DNA of 64,000 nucleotides from an uncultured bacterium (GTDB lineage Bacteria; Babelota; Babeliae; Babelales; Babelaceae). The stretch spans positions 480,001 through 544,000 of the forward strand of contig CAWKFG010000001.1 of assembly GCA_963848965.1 (NCBI GenBank), in the 5' to 3' direction. Below the pieces are notes generated by a model. It did no database searches and was not told the DNA's origin. It saw nothing but the letters and a program-made list of their open reading frames with translations. Shown here piece by piece: positions 58,552 to 64,000 of the stretch. The position numbers were made by a program, and so were the translations under genes. Each line of letters begins with the position of its first letter. Position 1 is the stretch's first letter.

Positions 58552-59373
58552 TCATTGCTCTAATAATGTAACAACTCCCTCTTTTCTTGCGGATCGTGCT
58601 TCATCAAGAGCTGTTTGCCCACGATAATTTTTGAGCGTTCTATCAGCGCCTCTTTCGAGTAAAAGTTCTACTATTTCTTTATGTCCTACTACTGCAGCAC
58701 TCATTAAAGCGGTATTGCCAACATCATCTTGAGCATTTACATCTGCGCCTTTATCTAATAAAAGCTTTATTATTTCTTTATGTCCTCTACCAGCGGCTGA
58801 TGCTAAGGCAGTTGCATCAACTATATTACGCTTGTCTACTTGTGCTCCATGCTCTAATAGGTATTGGACGAAAGGTAGATGTCCATAAGCGGCTGCCATT
58901 TCAAGTGGAAGGTTATGTGCATAGTATTTATTGGGATCCCATCCTTGTTTTTCTATAAAGTCTTGTACTTTAGAAAGATTGCCCTCTTTAGCAGCTTCAA
59001 GAAGTTGCTTTTCTTTTTCAACAGCTTCTTGCCATAGTTTTATACCTGGTATAGTAAGTTCTTTAGCTATTTCAGATGGTAATGGGCGAGGAGTAAACTT
59101 TTTTTGTATATAGTCGATAATGAGCCTGGTAAACTCTAGATCACTAAATAAAGGTATACTAGGTCCCCTTCTATACAGGTCATCTATTTTGAAGGCGGCT
59201 TGTCGCCAATTTTTAGAATCATCTATAATGCTAAAAATTGTATGAGGAGCAAGCTGTGTTCTCAAATCTTGTGGTAAGTACTTAAAGTATGCTTCTAAAG
59301 GTTGTTTTTGCATAGCAAAGTTTATGCTATAACAACTTAGTGAGAGCAGTAAAATAAACATATAATGTATCAT
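58552..59373 (-). CDS. Ankyrin-repeat protein with signal peptide and F-box-like N-terminus
   Basis: NFA-MQK, YFKYLPQDLR, 4-5 C-terminal ankyrin repeats. Confidence 0.9.
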   Translation of the reverse strand: MIHYMFILLLSLSCYSINFAMQKQPLEAYFKYLPQDLRTQLAPHTIFSIIDDSKNWRQAAFKIDDLYRRGPSIPLFSDLEFTRLIIDYIQKKFTPRPLPSEIAKELTIPGIKLWQEAVEKEKQLLEAAKEGNLSKVQDFIEKQGWDPNKYYAHNLPLEMAAAYGHLPFVQYLLEHGAQVDKRNIVDATALASAAGRGHKEIIKLLLDKGADVNAQDDVGNTALMSAAVVGHKEIVELLLERGADRTLKNYRGQTALDEARSARKEGVVTLLEQ

Positions 59374-59759
59374 GGCATCCTTATTTAATTAAAATTAATC
59401 ACATTGTAAGAATATGTTGTTAGTCATTATAAAGTATTCTTTTAACTCTTTAACTGATTTTTGTTCAGGTGCCATTGCAAGGCACGTACCACTAAAACTT
59501 GCTACTAGTGCTAAGGCAAGTAGATTTTTCATGCAACACCATTTATTTATATTTTTATTTTTAATCATTTTATATTATAAACAAATTTATTTGCAGGATC
59601 AATACTACTGCAAGTTATGATAAAATATTATGTGCTTTAGAAGAGCTTTCAAGAGGTGAGCGAAAGTTGAGGTACCTTACTATTGCAAAGAGATTTTCAA
59701 GAAGAAGCTTTTAGTTTATACTATAAGTGATATGAACTATACTAGTATGAGGATACACT

Positions 59760-60200
59760 ATGAGAGTATTTTTATTAAAAGATGTTGAAAGAGTTGGTAT
59801 GGCTGGTGAAATAGTGCAAACATCAGAAGGATATGCACGTAACTATCTTATTCCACGAAAATTAGGTGTAGAAGTGACGCCTCACAATGAGGCCCAGTTT
59901 GCCAATAGAGTAAAAGTTATTGAACATCGTAAAGAGGTTGTAGCTACTAAAACTTCTATGCTTGCAGAAAAGATAAAAGCAATAGAGCTTACCTTAAGGC
60001 GCAAAATGCATGATGGAGGTAAACTCTATGGTTCTATTAGTCCTCATGAGATTGTTGATCTTCTTGCAGAAAAAGGGGTGAGTGTCTCTAAAAACCAAAT
60101 ATTAGTAGACAGTATTAAATCAAAAGGAACGTATCCAGTAACTATTAAATTGTCTTCAAAGTTGCAGCCAACTCTTACCCTTAAGGTTGTTCCTGAGTAA
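59760..60200 (+). CDS. rplI: 50S ribosomal protein L9
   Basis: GYARNYLIP, GKLYGSI. Confidence 0.96.
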   Translation: MRVFLLKDVERVGMAGEIVQTSEGYARNYLIPRKLGVEVTPHNEAQFANRVKVIEHRKEVVATKTSMLAEKIKAIELTLRRKMHDGGKLYGSISPHEIVDLLAEKGVSVSKNQILVDSIKSKGTYPVTIKLSSKLQPTLTLKVVPE

Positions 60201-60205
60201 CGCAT

Positions 60206-61585
60206 ATGCAAAAAAAATATTTGCAAGATAAAGAAAAAGGCTCTGTTACAGTTGCAGAAAAGATTTTAGGTAGAACATTGCCTTTTAGTGTTGAAGCAGA
60301 GCGGGCAGTATTAGGTTCACTGTTAATTCATGATGGGCAGCTTGACCTTATTGTAGAGCTATTAACTCCACAAGACTTTTATACTCCTGCACATAAAATT
60401 ATTTTTGAAGCTGTAGAGACTATAGCAGGGCGCAAGCAACGATTAGATATGGTAACGCTGCAGGACGAGCTTGAAAAGATGGGGCAGCTCTCTTATATTG
60501 GAGGGATAGTCTATTTACTTTCATTGCAAGAAGATATTCCTGCCTTAGGTCTTTTAGAACAGCATGCTCGTATTATAAAAGAGAAAGCTACTCTACGAGA
60601 TCTTATAGCATCTGCTACCTCTATTATTACTAACTGCTATGCTCAAAACGATAAGGAAATAGAGACTGTATTAGATGAAGCTGAACGAACTATTTTTAAT
60701 ATATCGCAAAAGCGAGCTCAGCAATCGTTTATGCAGCTTAATATTTGGCTTAAAAAAACATTTCAACATCTGTCTGATATTCGAGGTCACTCAAAGGGAA
60801 TTACTGGTATTGCATCAGGATACAAAAAATTAGATGAGCATACCTCTGGCTTTCAAAAGAGTGATTTTATTGTTTTAGCTGCTCGTCCTTCTATGGGTAA
60901 AACTGCACTTGCATTAAGTATTGCTCGTAATGCAGCTGCACAAAATAAGGCTGTAGGATTCTTTTCTCTTGAGATGTCTGCTGAGCAGTTAACACTTCGT
61001 TTGTTAGCTGCAGAGTCTGGTATTCCTCATCACAAGATTAGAAATGCAACAATATCTTCGGATGAATGGTTGGATCTTACGCATGTAGCAGGCCAACTTG
61101 CAGGAGTCAAACTTTTTATTGATGATACTGCCCAACAAACTATTCTTGATATACGAGCAAAGGCACGTAAACTAAAAGCTGAACATAATTTAGAGTTTCT
61201 TGTTGTAGATTATTTGCAGCTTTTGCATAGTAGCAAAAGGCATGAAAATAGACACCAAGAGGTTTCTGAAATTTCTCGATCATTGAAGGCTCTTGCTAAA
61301 GAGCTTAATATTCCTATATTTGCACTTTCACAGCTTTCACGTGCAGTTGATAGCCGTGTTGATAAGCGTCCGTTGTTGTCTGACTTGCGTGAATCTGGTG
61401 CTATTGAGCAAGATGCTGATGTTATTATGTTTCTTTATCGAGATGTTGTATATCATCAGGATACTGAAAATCCTCATGCAGCAGAGCTTATTATAGGTAA
61501 GCAACGTAATGGTCCTACAGGAACGGTACAGCTGCATTTTCAGAATGAGCTTACGTTGTTCCAAGATCCAGAACTTTCTTCATAA
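60206..61585 (+). CDS. dnaB: Replicative DNA helicase
   Basis: EAERAVLG, AARPSMGKT, SLEM, DYLQL, DLRESGAIEQDAD, KQRNGPTG. Confidence 0.97.
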   Translation: MQKKYLQDKEKGSVTVAEKILGRTLPFSVEAERAVLGSLLIHDGQLDLIVELLTPQDFYTPAHKIIFEAVETIAGRKQRLDMVTLQDELEKMGQLSYIGGIVYLLSLQEDIPALGLLEQHARIIKEKATLRDLIASATSIITNCYAQNDKEIETVLDEAERTIFNISQKRAQQSFMQLNIWLKKTFQHLSDIRGHSKGITGIASGYKKLDEHTSGFQKSDFIVLAARPSMGKTALALSIARNAAAQNKAVGFFSLEMSAEQLTLRLLAAESGIPHHKIRNATISSDEWLDLTHVAGQLAGVKLFIDDTAQQTILDIRAKARKLKAEHNLEFLVVDYLQLLHSSKRHENRHQEVSEISRSLKALAKELNIPIFALSQLSRAVDSRVDKRPLLSDLRESGAIEQDADVIMFLYRDVVYHQDTENPHAAELIIGKQRNGPTGTVQLHFQNELTLFQDPELSS

Positions 61586-61648
61586 GCTTTGCAACAAACT
61601 ATAAAAATCCTTATACTAGGTAGCGATCTTATACGTATAAGGAATGGT

Positions 61649-62137
61649 ATGGTAATTTTAGGAGTTGATCCGGGTTTTTCTGTGACCGGTTATGGTATAA
61701 TGAAGCGTGATGGGCGCAAAGTTTCTGTGCTCGATTATGGTGCTTTGCGTATGGATAGTTCTAAGCCGCTGAGTGAACGTATACATATATTTCATGACTT
61801 TTTTGTATCTAAAATTGAGCAATGGCAGGTGTCTGCAGTTGCGCTTGAGACACCGTTTCTTGGAAAGAATGCACAAAATTTTTTAAAACTTGGATATCTT
61901 CGCGGTGTTTTGTATCTCTTAGCACATAGATATAAGCTTCAGTTATCTGAGTTTTCTCCTCGAGAAGTAAAGCTTTCTGTTACAGGATTTGGTGGTGCAG
62001 AAAAAGAGCAAGTAGCACGTGTTGTTATACGCTTATTACCTGGAATGGTGTTACCAGAAAAACTAGATATAACCGATGCTCTTGCAGTAACACTTTGTGG
62101 AATCTGGAAACAGACATCTCTTGTAAGGCAAGTCTAG
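61649..62137 (+). CDS. ruvC: Holliday junction resolvase RuvC
   Basis: ILGVDPG, ALE, VKLSVTGFGGAEKEQV, DITDALAV. Confidence 0.95.
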   Translation: MVILGVDPGFSVTGYGIMKRDGRKVSVLDYGALRMDSSKPLSERIHIFHDFFVSKIEQWQVSAVALETPFLGKNAQNFLKLGYLRGVLYLLAHRYKLQLSEFSPREVKLSVTGFGGAEKEQVARVVIRLLPGMVLPEKLDITDALAVTLCGIWKQTSLVRQV

Positions 62138-63069
62138 CCTGTTTTTTCTCTTTTTTGAGATTCGTTGAGTTTCTTTGTGCTTGCTTGAGCAGTACAAAAC
62201 TGTTTGTGTGTCGACCAATCCAGTTTTTGGCATTGTTGTGAACAATAGCGGACTTTTTTACATCTGTTGCACATCTGTAATTGTATAGATTGTGTAAGAA
62301 GCTCCTTTTTATATCGTTTGCAGGTATGACATTGATGTTTTGCGTAGTATGGTGATGCTTGAGCTCCTTTGATAGATATGTTCTGAGTAGGTTCTACTAC
62401 AAGGAAAGTGGAACTTGTGAGCTGTTGGGCGGGTACTTGCGCTCCTGCTTTTATAAGAGGCTCAATAACTTTTTTGCATCCTTCGCCAAGCGCCCACATT
62501 AAGGTTGTATAACCATTTTGAGATCGGTCGTTAATACGAGCGCCTGATGCAAGAAGCATTTCTACTATTTCTTTATAGTCATATTGGGCTGCAATTATCA
62601 AAGCAGTGTTACCTGCACAATTACTAAGATGAGGGTCTGCTTTATGCTCTAAAAGTAGTTGTACCATTTCTGTATAACCCTTTTCTGAGGCTATCATTAA
62701 GGGTGTAACTCCTTTGCTATTTTGAGCATTAACATCTGCTCCTGCTCGAATAAGCAGCTCTGCTATACTTTTATAGCAGCTTTTATCTTTATGGCTGTAA
62801 AAAACGGCAAACATTAAGGAAGTGTTTTTGTAAACACCATCTTTATTCATACAAGTAAAATGAGGATCTGCTTTTTGTCTAAGAAGCTGCTCTACTTCTT
62901 CTTTATTACCTTTAAATATGGCTGTTACTAACTGAGCGTTAAGTTTATCGCTTTCACTTGGTTCTTGAGAATCACTAGTAATAAAGGTAACAAAAGATGC
63001 TTGATCCATACAGTAGCTTATGCAAAACAGGCTTATTGTAAAGAGAAAGCTTATTATAGAGGTAATCAT
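62134..63069 (-). CDS. Ankyrin-repeat + MYND zinc finger protein with signal peptide
   Basis: SYC-MDQ; about 5 ankyrin repeats; CHTC..CNRC..YCSQQCQKLDWSTHKQFC. Confidence 0.9.
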   Translation of the reverse strand: MITSIISFLFTISLFCISYCMDQASFVTFITSDSQEPSESDKLNAQLVTAIFKGNKEEVEQLLRQKADPHFTCMNKDGVYKNTSLMFAVFYSHKDKSCYKSIAELLIRAGADVNAQNSKGVTPLMIASEKGYTEMVQLLLEHKADPHLSNCAGNTALIIAAQYDYKEIVEMLLASGARINDRSQNGYTTLMWALGEGCKKVIEPLIKAGAQVPAQQLTSSTFLVVEPTQNISIKGAQASPYYAKHQCHTCKRYKKELLTQSIQLQMCNRCKKVRYCSQQCQKLDWSTHKQFCTAQASTKKLNESQKREKTG

Positions 63070-63359
63070 TGAATTTCCCTAATGTATTATCGCTGTATAG
63101 TATTATAGCAAACTCATTATTCAAAGACATATTCTTTGAATAAAATTTCTTATAATTGAATTATATCAAGTGCGTAGAAAAATACAACATGACTTTTTTT
63201 TAAAAACAGAAATCTGTGCATAGTTCATTGTTATCAAAATTAGTTAGTGCTCTCTTATTAAGGGGAAAAGTATCTATCAAAAATTTTCTTGCTGACTCTT
63301 GCATTTTAAAGATAAAGCACTGTACATTCTCAGATGATGATTGAAAAAAGGAGGAAGAA

Positions 63360-63794
63360 ATGTATACGTTTGTCTCAGATAATAATGCAAACTTGCCGAT
63401 TTCTTTTTCTGAAAATGATGTGTTTGAGTTACAGAATTATTTTTTATTGCCGGGGCTGCGCTCTGTTAGGGTAAAGAATCTTGCTGCTGGCCGCGTATTT
63501 ATAAAAATGCTTTTACCTCTTTTTCATCCATTTTCTTATACAGCTTATGTAGGGACACTTCCATTTCATTTAGAGCATCTTACAAATCTTTTAGATGAGC
63601 TTAAGGAATGGGCAGTTAATGAAGAGGCTCTAGAGAAGTATTTATTAACAACTTTTTATTATGACTTTCTTTTTATAGAAGAGACTAAGCAGCTCACTGA
63701 GCATTCATGGTATGCTCTTTTTAAAGCATTGCTTGCACGCTCTTCTTTGGTTTCTCCGTTACCATGCATAGTACTTTCCTATGAGAGAGAATAG
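63360..63794 (+). CDS. Hypothetical protein
   Basis: RBS AGGAGG, 144-aa ORF; no recognised motif. Confidence 0.65.
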   Translation: MYTFVSDNNANLPISFSENDVFELQNYFLLPGLRSVRVKNLAAGRVFIKMLLPLFHPFSYTAYVGTLPFHLEHLTNLLDELKEWAVNEEALEKYLLTTFYYDFLFIEETKQLTEHSWYALFKALLARSSLVSPLPCIVLSYERE

Positions 63795-64000
63795 TATTTT
63801 TTATGCCCTTGTAACTATTATTTTAGTCGCATAATTTTATAATATAGCCTTACTTTGGTGTCTTGTCTCTCCATGCCGACTTTTATCTTATAAGTATTGA
63901 AGAGAGATATGCTCTCTTAGGGGAACCACATAACTGGGAGAAATAGGAACAGGGGTCATTGATAGAGGAATTCTCTAGGTTTGTAAGGGAAAGCGAATTT

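Noticed and set aside
59414..59620. 68-aa ORF upstream of rplI
   Set aside because: No RBS or motif, composition like AT-rich intergenic DNA
1884..62245. Many 60-140 aa ORFs nested in or antisense to long genes
   Set aside because: Fully overlap well-supported CDSs and show no motifs
1..64000. CRISPR array, rRNA or tRNA genes
   Set aside because: No regularly spaced repeat-spacer pattern, cloverleaf/T-loop motif or rRNA-like stretch seen by eye; a covariance scan could still find something missed
63880..64000. Possible 3' end of a minus-strand gene at the window edge
   Set aside because: Only about 38 open codons visible with no recognisable motif

Overview
AT-rich bacterial chromosome segment. 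Housekeeping genes (lolC/E-like, rpiB, trxB-trx fusion, pepA, ftsW, murD, cutA, ileS, rplI, dnaB, ruvC) are interleaved with many signal-peptide-bearing proteins carrying eukaryote-like domains (ankyrin, Sel1, MYND finger, USP deubiquitinase, ubiquitin-like, F-box-like, J-domain). This profile suggests an intracellular parasite of protists, most like Candidatus Dependentiae (Babelota/TM6); the taxonomy is inference only. No rRNA, tRNA or CRISPR array was seen. Main observations: (1) a tandem pair of protease-dead FtsH-like AAA proteins, one also ATPase-dead, next to a membrane-anchored TrxR-Trx fusion and a two-gene secreted beta-rich system; (2) a recurring 'signal peptide followed by Met' signature on at least 11 putative effectors; (3) an orphan IS200/IS605 TnpB-type omega/reRNA-like element near 41.03-41.18 kb with its own -10 box and no tnpB; (4) an integrase + RecT/Bet region with a USP deubiquitinase between murD and ftsW; (5) three +1 frameshifts and one in-frame TAG in otherwise intact genes. 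All calls come from reading motifs by eye; no database searches were run.
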